Source of the DNA: Opitutales bacterium
GTDB lineage: Bacteria > Verrucomicrobiota > Verrucomicrobiia > Opitutales > Coraliomargaritaceae
Length of the DNA stretch: 64,000 nt
Assembly (NCBI GenBank): GCA_049611425.1
Contig: JBMZAN010000006.1
Coordinates: 9,478 to 73,477 of the forward strand
Direction: 5' to 3'
The first letter of the stretch is position 1, and each line of letters begins with the position of its first letter. A model generated the notes under the pieces. That model did not search any database, was not told the origin of the DNA, and worked only from the letters and a program-made list of their open reading frames with translations. A program made the translations under genes and the position numbers. Positions 1-9,107 of the stretch are shown here, piece after piece.

Positions 1-107
1 ATGATCATGACGAAGCGTTCCATCAGCTTCTCAGCCTGGCCTCCGTAGAGACGTTCCAAACGCTTACGTATCTTGCGAAGCTGCTCTCTCGAGATGGTCT
101 TTATCAT
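1..107 (-). CDS. Partial (5' end) gene translationally coupled to the upstream glycosyltransferase; probable GH13 sucrose/glucosylglycerate phosphorylase-like protein
   Basis: ATG at 107 overlaps the TGA stop (104-106) of the glycosyltransferase. It reads MIKTISREQLRKIRKRLERLYGGQAEKLMERFVMI off the window edge. The product is inferred from the N-terminal 'L..LYG' pattern and the gene context only. Confidence 0.5.
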   Translation of the reverse strand, partial: MIKTISREQLRKIRKRLERLYGGQAEKLMERFVMI

Positions 108-1399
108 GTGCCGGGTTCTCCAGAACGGGTCAGTGAGGCAGGTGAATCACCGGTCAGCATCGCAATGTGGAGACGCAGCACACGGCGCAGGACGGTATAA
201 CTATAATAACGGCGGGCCACCTTGTAATTGTGGTCGACCATGTCCTTTCGATATTTCGCGTCTTCGATCACTCGACGCACTTCCTGAATCAGATTCGGGG
301 TGATGAATCCGTCCATCTCGATCAGTTTAAAGCCCTTGGGCTCGATGTCCTGCACATAGATCGAGTAGCGGTTGATCACCACAGGGACCTTGAAATAAAT
401 CGCTTCGAGCAGTGCATTACCGAAGCCCTCGTAGGTGCTGGGATAGGTCATCAGGTCTGCATGCTTATAAATATCCCACAGGGTATATATCTTATTGCCC
501 TGATGATCGACCTGCCGCACCTCCCCGATTCGCGCAGCGAAGAAGCGTAGATCCACTCCCTCCTGCTCGGCGAGAGACTCCAGTTGGTGCTTATAATCGA
601 GCCCCTCGTCACCCGCATCATGCGAAATAACGAGCTTGTAGCGGGGATCCCCAAGCATACCGACCAGCTTGATCGCGTGCTCGATCCCCTTTCGGGGCAC
701 GATTCGAGTTGGCTGCAGTATGAGAATATCGTCTTCGGAGATTCCGATTTCCTTGCGAATATCCTTGGTGTAGGGGTCTGCCTTGGGTGGCGGATTATCG
801 AAATCGAAAACATTCGGCATGAGTGTCGAAGTCACCCCCTTGCGAAGCGCTAATTGCTCCATCGCGGCTTCGTTGATCCCAATATGATGCAGGTGTGGCA
901 AACTTGGCGGAAATGCCATGTCCAGATAGTCTTTGACCCCGCCCACCGAAAACCGCGTGCGCTCCCAATAAAAGTCATGATGGTGCGCGATGGCAGGCAT
1001 CTGTGTCTCTGCTAGAAACTCCGTTAGCGCGATACCCAATGGCACATGCATCGGAATCGCCAAAACATTCTGAGGGATCAAGATATCGATTTCGTGCCGA
1101 TTGATGAAATCATACAGCGTCTGCTTGAGGTAGTCCGCCATATTGTTGATGCGTTCGGTCACTTCAGGGTTACGCCGCGGGTGGCCCCAAATGCGCTCAT
1201 TGATCCACTCATTCTCCGGATGTCCGAAATAGGCCTCCGGCACGCAGAAACTACAACCGGGATCTCTGTCATTTCGTCCGCTATACCAATAGCTGACGTG
1301 GCGATCATCCCAAAGCACTTCGGCCCATTTTGCACTTTCCAGCGAGACACCGTCCGAACCGGCAAAACGCGTTGATATGAACCCTATATTCTTAGACAT
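104..1399 (-). CDS. GT4 glycosyltransferase, mannosylglucosylglycerate synthase (MggS)-like
   Basis: 431 aa; N-terminal IGFISTRFAGSDGVSLE, HHHDFYWER, QPTRIVPRKGIE and GT4 YPSTYEGFGNALLEA motifs. Confidence 0.75.
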   Translation of the reverse strand: MSKNIGFISTRFAGSDGVSLESAKWAEVLWDDRHVSYWYSGRNDRDPGCSFCVPEAYFGHPENEWINERIWGHPRRNPEVTERINNMADYLKQTLYDFINRHEIDILIPQNVLAIPMHVPLGIALTEFLAETQMPAIAHHHDFYWERTRFSVGGVKDYLDMAFPPSLPHLHHIGINEAAMEQLALRKGVTSTLMPNVFDFDNPPPKADPYTKDIRKEIGISEDDILILQPTRIVPRKGIEHAIKLVGMLGDPRYKLVISHDAGDEGLDYKHQLESLAEQEGVDLRFFAARIGEVRQVDHQGNKIYTLWDIYKHADLMTYPSTYEGFGNALLEAIYFKVPVVINRYSIYVQDIEPKGFKLIEMDGFITPNLIQEVRRVIEDAKYRKDMVDHNYKVARRYYSYTVLRRVLRLHIAMLTGDSPASLTRSGEPGT

Positions 1400-1453
1400 G
1401 TGCGTGCTCTAGCGTAGTGGATGTACTGAAACGTTCATTGCGTGGTCGGAGCA

Positions 1454-1469
1454 AGCATTTATGCGGCCA
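1454..1469 (-). promoter_or_regulatory. Candidate sigma54 (-24/-12) promoter for the mggS-like operon
   Basis: Minus strand TGGCCGCATAAATGCT has the GG-N10-GC spacing, about 55 bp upstream of the ATG at 1399; only a partial match to TGGCACG-N4-TTGCW. Confidence 0.35.
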
Positions 1470-1488
1470 GTTCGCGCGCAAGTTTTAC

Positions 1489-2418
1489 TTAGCTTCGCGC
1501 ACGCGGGTGATGCAGGGCATGTTCATCAGCCAGTCGCGCTGCTTGAACAGTGGTGTAGATCTGGGTGGTCGAAATATCCGCATGCCCCAGCATCTCCTGA
1601 ATCGCGCGCAGGTCGGCCCCACCCTCCAGCAAATGCGTGGCAAAAGAATGGCGCAAGAGGTGCGGCTTGATCGGCTTCTCGATCCCCGACTTGCGTGCGC
1701 ACTCTTTAATGATGACCCAGACCATCTTGCGCGAGATGGCTCGTCCTCGCTGACTCAGAAAGAGTTCACTTCCGGTATGATGCTTCACGAAATGCGGACG
1801 AGCACTGGCGATGTAATCCTGTACAGCCTTTGTCGCGGCACGCCCGATTGGCGCGATGCGCTCCTTGGCTCCCTTGCCAAAAACTCTCAGATAACCCTCT
1901 TCCAGATGGATGCTCTGCAAGAGCAGCCCGCACAGCTCAGACACCCGCAGGCCACTGCTGTAGAATAATTCCAAGATAGCCCGATCCCGCAGGCCATGTG
2001 GCGTCGTCATGGATGGAGCCTCAAGCAGGCGTTCAATTTCCCCGGCAGTTAGGACCTCAGGAAGCTTGCGAGAGAGTTTTGGCGCACTCGCCAGTTCGGT
2101 GAAGTCATCCTTCCGGATATGCTCCCGGACCAGATGCCTTGCCAGCATGCGCAGTGCAGACAGTTTGCGGGACTGACTACTACGCGCATAGTCTTGCCTG
2201 CCCAAATGGGCCGTCCACTGACTCACATTCCTGGCATCAACCGCAATCCAATCCTTCGCGCCCTGATTGTGCATATAGACTGCACATTGGACTAAATCAC
2301 GCGTGTAGGACTGGATTGTATTCCGGGACAATCCACGTTCCAATTCCAGCCGGGCAAGAAAGGATTCCACGGGTTCAGCATACGCGGTGGGAATCTTCTC
2401 CAATGGGTCGGCTGCCAT
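1489..2418 (-). CDS. xerD: Tyrosine recombinase XerD
   Basis: ERGLSRNTIQSY, RDRAILELFYSSGLRVSEL, GKGAKER, PHLLRHSFATHLLEGGADLRAIQEMLGHADISTTQIYT; start taken at MAADP (2418). Confidence 0.92.
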   Translation of the reverse strand: MAADPLEKIPTAYAEPVESFLARLELERGLSRNTIQSYTRDLVQCAVYMHNQGAKDWIAVDARNVSQWTAHLGRQDYARSSQSRKLSALRMLARHLVREHIRKDDFTELASAPKLSRKLPEVLTAGEIERLLEAPSMTTPHGLRDRAILELFYSSGLRVSELCGLLLQSIHLEEGYLRVFGKGAKERIAPIGRAATKAVQDYIASARPHFVKHHTGSELFLSQRGRAISRKMVWVIIKECARKSGIEKPIKPHLLRHSFATHLLEGGADLRAIQEMLGHADISTTQIYTTVQAARLADEHALHHPRARS

Positions 2419-2478
2419 ACAGGTTTGATTGCAGTGCCTAAACAAGCGCCTTGCAAGCTCGCAACTTGCCACCACATT

Positions 2479-3801
2479 ATGCCCTCGATGAGCCCATCAG
2501 CAACAGGCGAGAGCACGATCAAACCAACGGATCTACGTGGCATATTGAAGTATGTACCGATGTTCCGCGAGCAGATCTTTGTCATCGCGCTCGATGGCAG
2601 TGTCGTGGCTCACGAGATGTTTCCGAACGTCCTACTCGACATCGCAGTACTTCGGTCGCTCAATATAAAAGTCGTGCTCGCACATGGCATCGGCCTGCAA
2701 CTGCGCGACCTGGCCCGGAAACGCGGCGTCGAGATCACCGACCCCCACGGTGAGGGCGTCACAGATAACACGACCCTCGAGCTGGCAACGGAAGCAACGG
2801 CATCCGTTAATCTGCAAATCGTTCAGGGACTGAGCAAAAACAAGTTACGTTGCGCCGCAACCAACGCGGTACGAAGCAAGGAGATTGGCATTCTCAAGGG
2901 CGAGGACCAACTCTTGAGCGGCAATGTCGATCGACTCGACATTAAGATGATACATCAGCTTCTCGACAGCGATACGATACCGGTAGTCTCACCGATCGCA
3001 TTCAACCGCGAAGGCGACTCCCTCAGAATAAACTCCGACTTGCTGGCTGCGGAACTGGCCGCCAAACTCGAAGCTTCAAAGCTGATTTTCCTCACCACTC
3101 ACGACGGTCTACAACTGCATGGCCAACCACTGACAAATTTGCCTGTCGCCGAACTGGAGGCATTATTGGAAAAGCCCGAGAGCGACGCCATACCTGAACG
3201 CCTGCGCAGCAAATCCGAACATGCCATTCAGGCGATACATGCCGGGACACCGCGCAGCCACATTCTCGACGGTCGCATCTTCGGCGCTCTGCTCAACGAG
3301 ATTTTCGACAAGGTCGGCATAGGTACGATGGTTTATAGCAATGCATACCAATCGATACGCCCTGCCATACCCGCCGACGCATACTCGATTTATAATATCA
3401 CACGTCATGCGGTTCGCACCGAGGCACTTCTCGAACGTTCACAGGAATACATCGAATCAGAGATCAACAATTTCCTCGTTTACGAAATCGACGGCAGCTT
3501 AATCGGCTGCATCCACCTGCGACCCTATGGCAAGGGTGGTGTCATCGAAATTGACAGTGTCTATGTCCAGCCCTTCTACCAAAAGAAGGGTGTTGGCCGC
3601 CGGATGATCGAATGCGCCTGCGCCGAAGCACAGAAGCGAGGTGCACACCGCGTCTTTGCCCTGACTACTCAGGCGAGCAAATTCTTCACGACGGTGTGCG
3701 ACTTCAAGGAGGGCTCCCCGTCCATCCTGCCTGAAGCGCGGCAGGCGGAGACCCAACAAAGCGGCCGCAACTCAAAAGTCCTCTATCTCGATCTACAGTA
3801 G
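2479..3801 (+). CDS. argA: Amino-acid N-acetyltransferase (N-acetylglutamate synthase)
   Basis: Amino-acid-kinase domain (INSDLLAAELA, KLIFLT) plus C-terminal GNAT domain (VYVQPFYQKKGVG); start is 2479 or 2488. Confidence 0.88.
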   Translation: MPSMSPSATGESTIKPTDLRGILKYVPMFREQIFVIALDGSVVAHEMFPNVLLDIAVLRSLNIKVVLAHGIGLQLRDLARKRGVEITDPHGEGVTDNTTLELATEATASVNLQIVQGLSKNKLRCAATNAVRSKEIGILKGEDQLLSGNVDRLDIKMIHQLLDSDTIPVVSPIAFNREGDSLRINSDLLAAELAAKLEASKLIFLTTHDGLQLHGQPLTNLPVAELEALLEKPESDAIPERLRSKSEHAIQAIHAGTPRSHILDGRIFGALLNEIFDKVGIGTMVYSNAYQSIRPAIPADAYSIYNITRHAVRTEALLERSQEYIESEINNFLVYEIDGSLIGCIHLRPYGKGGVIEIDSVYVQPFYQKKGVGRRMIECACAEAQKRGAHRVFALTTQASKFFTTVCDFKEGSPSILPEARQAETQQSGRNSKVLYLDLQ

Positions 3802-3817
3802 CCCCCCGGTGTCGTTC

Positions 3818-4147
3818 ATGAACCTCTATCATACGACCGACGCGGATGGAGTCTCCGAACTCAATCCTGACCTGGACCGGATGCGCGCGTTATTGGAGAG
3901 CCTCGATGAGCCGATTCGCGAACTTGAAGAGCATCCGGATGTCTCTCTTGTTCATAACCCAAGCGGATGGTCCATGTCGGTCTATCCAAGTGGTATCGTG
4001 ACCTTTGAGAATCTCGACGACGACGATGCACGACCTAGCTACATGAGAGACGTCAGCCGCGCGGATGCCCTGCAGATGTGGAGACAACTCTCCAGAGGTG
4101 AAATTGATCGCCTGAAGGCCAGAGCTTGGTTGAAAGAGGATGCCTAG
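3818..4147 (+). CDS. Hypothetical acidic protein
   Basis: About 109 aa ORF just downstream of argA; its stop overlaps the convergent PPTase stop (ctag). Confidence 0.7.
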   Translation: MNLYHTTDADGVSELNPDLDRMRALLESLDEPIRELEEHPDVSLVHNPSGWSMSVYPSGIVTFENLDDDDARPSYMRDVSRADALQMWRQLSRGEIDRLKARAWLKEDA

Positions 4148-4827
4148 TCCCCTCGTCCCAGCCAGCAAATGCAGACGACGAAATCGTCATAGAAACTAAA
4201 GCGGAATTGAAACGATTCCGCGAGACGACAGAGGTCCTCCGGGAAACGATCCTCTATCTGAACCACGGACGCCTCCCCCGCCACAATATCGACCTTGAGA
4301 GCAAGGTCATGGAAATTCGCCGACGTCCGCCATTGAGGATACTGCGCTTTGTAAAATGCCTCTTTCGCAGAAAAGAGCAATGATGCCTTTTTTTGATCCC
4401 CTCGCACAAAGTCCGCCTCCAGAGGATGCACCACGCGCTCGATTGCAGCATGGCTCAGCCGGTTTGTCTTTTCCAGATCGAGACCGATTGCGCGATAATT
4501 CGCATCCTTTGTCGCGATGGAAGCGCAGTAACCGCGCGTGTGTGTAATGACCGCAAGCGACGATTCAGGCCATAGGGGCAGCCCATCCTCATCAGACAAA
4601 ATGGGCTGTGCCGCGTAGCCCAATTTCCCAAGAGCCACTCGTGCACACGCCCGACCGGCCGAAAATTCACGCTTTCTGTGATCACCTGACTGACGGACAG
4701 CTAAGCGCTCCTCCTCAAATACAAATCCAGACGCGTCCGGGATTCCGCTTACCGCATAGGCGATCTTATCCGGCACGATAAACCCAAGAGCACTTTCGAG
4801 GGCATGAATGATTCCTTGCTCGGGCAT
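4144..4827 (-). CDS. 4'-phosphopantetheinyl transferase (EntD/Sfp-type)
   Basis: RKREFSAGRACAR, PLWP, ITHT, GLDLE and FSAKEAFYKA motifs. Confidence 0.88.
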   Translation of the reverse strand: MPEQGIIHALESALGFIVPDKIAYAVSGIPDASGFVFEEERLAVRQSGDHRKREFSAGRACARVALGKLGYAAQPILSDEDGLPLWPESSLAVITHTRGYCASIATKDANYRAIGLDLEKTNRLSHAAIERVVHPLEADFVRGDQKKASLLFSAKEAFYKAQYPQWRTSANFHDLALKVDIVAGEASVVQIEDRFPEDLCRLAESFQFRFSFYDDFVVCICWLGRGD

Positions 4828-4912
4828 AGCTTAATTTTAGCGCAGACTGACAACTCTCGACTCCGTCGCAAGTATACTTGCACCGGATTCCCCTCTCAGC
4901 TAAATATGCGTC

Positions 4913-6067
4913 ATGCGTTTTGTGCTTCGTCTGGCTGCTCTGTTTGCAATAACCACGCCAAATACCGTCGCGGAAGCAAGCAGTCAGGAATGGGTAACGC
5001 TCGACGCGTGCCAACTGATTCGCTCACCAATCAATGACGGTGACAGTTTTTTGACGAAATACGGCGACAAGAAGTACGCCTTCAGGGTCTACTATGTCGA
5101 CGCACCGGAAACCGCGGAGACCTATATTGAGCGTGTCCGCGAGCAAGGACGTTACTTTTCCATTTCAGAGGAGGCAGTTATTCAAACAGGCAAGCTAGCC
5201 AAGCGCTTCACCCGGAATTTCCTTCGAGGTAAATTCACCGTTCACACCAAATGGGAGGATGCCCGAGGCGGAAGCAAGCAGCGCTTCTTCGCGATCATTG
5301 AGAAAGAAGGGAAGTATCTCTCCAACGAACTTGTGGCCGCAGGACTCGCACGGATCTACGGCATGCCGACAAGTGAGCGGTGGCCGGGCGGCGTCAGCCC
5401 CGGAACCTACTTAGGACGCCTCAAGCAGAGCGAAAGAGCGGCCCAGCGTAGAAATGAGGGCATTTGGGCCCTGGCCACGGGATCCTTACAGATGTCGGGA
5501 CTCGAATCGCTCATTGCAGGCAGTGAAGACGGAGAGGGAGCGATCTTAGCCGCAGCGGCAGAGCCCAGCCGTGGGGAAGGAAGAGACCCGCTTAACCTCA
5601 ACGAGGCATCGGCCGCTGAATTGGACACCTTGCCCGGCATCGGGCCCGCGCTCGCGCAACGGATTATCAGCGCAAGGCCGATCACCGACCTTGATGCTCT
5701 CGTTGAAATACCGGGCATCAGCTTCAAGACGCTATCCGGCTTCAGCCATCTGGTGGTCACCAAGGACCCTCCTCCGCCGCCGATGACCGCAGCCTTCTAC
5801 ATCGCTGATCTGGAGCGCTACATCGATACGGAGGTAACCGTTAGCGTAGATCGGGTCCGCTCCAATGCGGCAGAGAGCCCGGATACTTTTCGAGCAGTCA
5901 CTCTGGATACAGCCCACCAAGGCAAAAGCGGCGGAAGTATTACTGCTTACATTCCGGAAGAGTTCCATGAATCCTTTACACATTGCTACGCCGAACCAGG
6001 CAAAGCGTTCACCGGCCTGCTTTATCAACGCGGCGACGAAATCGTATTGGTCTACCCAAGAAAGTAG
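4913..6067 (+). CDS. Secreted thermonuclease (SNase-like) fused to a ComEA-type helix-hairpin-helix domain and an unknown C-terminal domain
   Basis: Signal peptide; DGDSF, RVYYVDAPET and ELVAAGLAR (SNase); LNLNEASAAELDTLPGIGPALAQRII (HhH). Confidence 0.8.
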   Translation: MRFVLRLAALFAITTPNTVAEASSQEWVTLDACQLIRSPINDGDSFLTKYGDKKYAFRVYYVDAPETAETYIERVREQGRYFSISEEAVIQTGKLAKRFTRNFLRGKFTVHTKWEDARGGSKQRFFAIIEKEGKYLSNELVAAGLARIYGMPTSERWPGGVSPGTYLGRLKQSERAAQRRNEGIWALATGSLQMSGLESLIAGSEDGEGAILAAAAEPSRGEGRDPLNLNEASAAELDTLPGIGPALAQRIISARPITDLDALVEIPGISFKTLSGFSHLVVTKDPPPPPMTAAFYIADLERYIDTEVTVSVDRVRSNAAESPDTFRAVTLDTAHQGKSGGSITAYIPEEFHESFTHCYAEPGKAFTGLLYQRGDEIVLVYPRK

Positions 6068-6120
6068 TCTACAGATCAACGGTTGACGCGCTAAGCTCAA
6101 CCAAGCAAGTTCACAGGTGG

Positions 6121-6945
6121 ATGAGCATGAGCCTTTGCGACTTGAAACACTACCTGATCGAACCCGGCCAAAACGACCGTCTGGCTGAAGTCGATTCCGA
6201 TCCCTGGGATGATTTACCCGCGAACAAGACGGATGCCAAAGAGGAGCTATGGGAACTGCAGGAAAAGCTGGCCGAGTTGCAACAGCGCTTCTTCGTCGAT
6301 CGCAGAAAGAAGGTGCTGATCGTCCTTCAGGGCATGGATACAAGCGGAAAAAACAGCACGATTCGCCACGTCTTTCGGGGCGTCAACCCTCAGGGCGTGC
6401 ATGTCGCCAGCTTCGAGAAACCTTCCACTCGCGAGCTCTCGCATGACTATTTATGGCGGGTACACAAGCGGGCCCCCTCAGCGGGTGAAATCATGATTTT
6501 TGATCGTAGCCACTACGAGGACGTGCTCGCAGTGCGCGTCAACGAGCTCAAGCCTGAGCGTGTGTGGCGCAAACGCTTCCGTCACATCAGAGATTTCGAG
6601 CAGATGCTTTTCGACGAGGAAACGGTCATCCTCAAGCTATTCCTGCACATAAATCGAGAGACCCAGAAGAAACGCCTTCAGGAGCGATTGGATATACCGG
6701 CAAAGAATTGGAAATTTGACCATTCTGATCTAATCGCCCGGAGCAAGTGGGAGGAATACATAACTGCCTACGAAGAAGCGTTTTCTGAAACCGCCTGTGG
6801 CCACGCTCCATGGTATGTCATTCCCGCAAATAAAAAATGGGCCCGTAATTTGCTCGTAGCCCGAATCGTTGTGGCCTGTCTCGAAGACATGCACCTCAGC
6901 TATCCCGACGTTGACTACGACCCTTCTCAGGTCGTTATCGATTAA
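6121..6945 (+). CDS. ppk2: Polyphosphate kinase 2 family (polyP:nucleotide phosphotransferase)
   Basis: QGMDTSGK Walker A, HDYLWR, FDRSHYEDVL, KNWKF, APWYVIPANKKW; start is 6121 or 6127. Confidence 0.9.
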   Translation: MSMSLCDLKHYLIEPGQNDRLAEVDSDPWDDLPANKTDAKEELWELQEKLAELQQRFFVDRRKKVLIVLQGMDTSGKNSTIRHVFRGVNPQGVHVASFEKPSTRELSHDYLWRVHKRAPSAGEIMIFDRSHYEDVLAVRVNELKPERVWRKRFRHIRDFEQMLFDEETVILKLFLHINRETQKKRLQERLDIPAKNWKFDHSDLIARSKWEEYITAYEEAFSETACGHAPWYVIPANKKWARNLLVARIVVACLEDMHLSYPDVDYDPSQVVID

Positions 6946-6964
6946 GTGACCTATAGATTCGTAC

Positions 6965-8131
6965 ATGGCAAAAGACCTCACACCCATACTCAAGCGCATA
7001 CATAAGCATAGGGAATCACTGCACTCAGTGCGTGAAATTCTCCTGGCAAATGCGCTCATGATCGGAGAAATCCCCTCGCCCAGTGGTGGCGAAGAGGAAC
7101 GCATCACCTTCCTCAGCAACCGCTATATTGAAGATGGACTGCAGAACATCTCGATCGATGAAGCAGGAAACGGCATGGCGATACTTCCCGGGATCAAGGG
7201 CAAGAAGAACATCCTTGTTTGCGCCCATGCCGACACCGTCTTCAACCACAAGGTCGACCATGCCATGTCGGTCACAGCAGACAATCTCATGGGACCCGGC
7301 ATCGGCGACAACAGCCTTGGCCTGGCCGCGATCGTCACACTGCCCAAGATTCTGCAGCGTCTCGATATCCGTTTTGACGATAATCTCATTCTTCTCGGCT
7401 GCATAAAGAGCCTCGGTCGTGGCGACCTTGGAGGCATTCGCTTTTTCCTCGAGAACAACAAGCTGCCCATCCGCGCAGGCATCAGCGTCGAAGGGATTCA
7501 GCTGGGCCGCCTGAGTTACGCCTCTGTTGGGATGCTCCGTGGAGAAATTAACGTGAGTGTCCCTTCCGACTATGATTGGGCGAAATTCGGTGCCTCCGGC
7601 GCGGTTGCAATCCTCACCAAGGTGGTCCAGCGAATAACCGAGATTCCGATCCCGATGCAGCCACCCACGCAGATTATCTTCGGCTCGATTAACGGCGGCA
7701 CATCCTTCAGCACGCGTCCAACGAGCGCACATCTTCGCTTCGAGATACGCAGTGAGCAGGCAGGCATGGTGGATAAACTCAAAGAGAAGATCGTTGATAT
7801 TATCGAGGAGATCGGCAACAGCTCAGATACAGAGATCCGCTTCTCCGCGGTAGCCGAGCGCCAGCCCGGTGGCTTGGAATTTGGCCACCCCCTGGTCAAA
7901 TCCATGCGCCAAATCCTCGACACGCTAAAAGTGAAACCGCGCGTCGAACCCAGTGTCGGTGAACTCAGCCAACTGATCGAAAAAGGGATTCCAAGCGTCA
8001 CGCTGGGTCTCACCCGAGGTCACAACAAAAATGAATTCAATGAATCGATCGATATTCAGCCGATCTTTGGCGGCCTGGCCCAGCTGATCGCATTGCTACA
8101 ATCAATCGATGGAGGCTTCTGCGATGAGTAA
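6965..8131 (+). CDS. M20/M25/M40-family hydrolase fold with dimerisation domain; catalytic motif degenerate
   Basis: IPSPSGGEEER, AHADTVF and GPGIGDNSLG present; the usual EEG motif is replaced by SLG. Confidence 0.8.
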   Translation: MAKDLTPILKRIHKHRESLHSVREILLANALMIGEIPSPSGGEEERITFLSNRYIEDGLQNISIDEAGNGMAILPGIKGKKNILVCAHADTVFNHKVDHAMSVTADNLMGPGIGDNSLGLAAIVTLPKILQRLDIRFDDNLILLGCIKSLGRGDLGGIRFFLENNKLPIRAGISVEGIQLGRLSYASVGMLRGEINVSVPSDYDWAKFGASGAVAILTKVVQRITEIPIPMQPPTQIIFGSINGGTSFSTRPTSAHLRFEIRSEQAGMVDKLKEKIVDIIEEIGNSSDTEIRFSAVAERQPGGLEFGHPLVKSMRQILDTLKVKPRVEPSVGELSQLIEKGIPSVTLGLTRGHNKNEFNESIDIQPIFGGLAQLIALLQSIDGGFCDE

Positions 8132-9107
8132 GAAAATCGACAAATGGCTTGAGACCAACACCTTCCATCATGGAGAATTTTGGGACATTCTAAAACTTGT
8201 AGAGGAAAAGGAGAAGAAAGGCTTAACCATCTCTCTCTGCATTCCTACCCTGAATGAGGAGAAAACCATCGGGAAGGAGATCGTGATCTTCAAATCCGAA
8301 CTGATGGAGCGCTACCCGCTGATCGACGAATTTGCCGTCATTGACTCCGGCTCGGAGGACAAGACGCTCGAGGTGGCTGCATCCTTTGGGGCAGACACCT
8401 ACCTCGCGGCAGACATCCTGCCCGAGGTGGGCGACAAACGTGGCAAGGGTGAAAACCTGTGGAAGGCGATCTATCAGCTGAAAGGGGACATCATCGTCTA
8501 CGTCGACGCCGACATTAAGAATATTCACCCCCGCTTCGTCACCGGCATCGTTGCCCCATTGATCAACAACGATACAATCAAGTACTGCAAGGCCTTCTAT
8601 GACCGACCGATGGCCTACTCTACAGGCATCCGTTCCAGCGGTGGTGGCCGCGTCACAGAAATTCTCATACGTCCGCTCTTCTCCCTCTTCTTCCCTGAAC
8701 TCACTTCATTGATTCAACCGCTTTCCGGTGAATTTGCCGTCCGTCGTGAGGTTCTGGAGAAAATTCCCTTCCCCATCGGTTACGGTGTCGAAACGGCCCA
8801 TATTCTCGACGTTTATCAGGAATGGGGACTGGAGGCATTTGCCCAATGTGATCTGGACCAACGCATCCACCGCAACCAAAGCACAAATGCGCTGGGTAAG
8901 ATGTCCTTCGGCATCCTCCAGACATTTCTAAACCGCCTGAAGAGCTACGGCATGGTCGATAAGCTTCCGGAAATGGCCACATTCTATCGCCAGTTCCAGG
9001 CGGAGGGGAATCGCTACGAACAGCTCACACGCGAAATTGTAGAGTATGAGCGACCGCCAATGGTCACCGTCCCCGCCTACCGTAAAAAATACGGCATTAA
9101 AGAATGA
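8124..9107 (+). CDS. gpgS: Glucosyl-3-phosphoglycerate synthase (GT81)
   Basis: ISLCIPTLNEE, DSGSED, GKGENLWK, VYVDADI, GGGRVTEILIRP, QPLSGE, GYGVE, RIHRNQ. Confidence 0.9.
   Translation: MSKKIDKWLETNTFHHGEFWDILKLVEEKEKKGLTISLCIPTLNEEKTIGKEIVIFKSELMERYPLIDEFAVIDSGSEDKTLEVAASFGADTYLAADILPEVGDKRGKGENLWKAIYQLKGDIIVYVDADIKNIHPRFVTGIVAPLINNDTIKYCKAFYDRPMAYSTGIRSSGGGRVTEILIRPLFSLFFPELTSLIQPLSGEFAVRREVLEKIPFPIGYGVETAHILDVYQEWGLEAFAQCDLDQRIHRNQSTNALGKMSFGILQTFLNRLKSYGMVDKLPEMATFYRQFQAEGNRYEQLTREIVEYERPPMVTVPAYRKKYGIKE

Noticed and set aside
1489-2418. Tyrosine recombinase as a possible phage or island integrase
   Set aside because: Motifs are canonical XerD; the flanks are housekeeping genes with no att repeats, tRNA or phage genes
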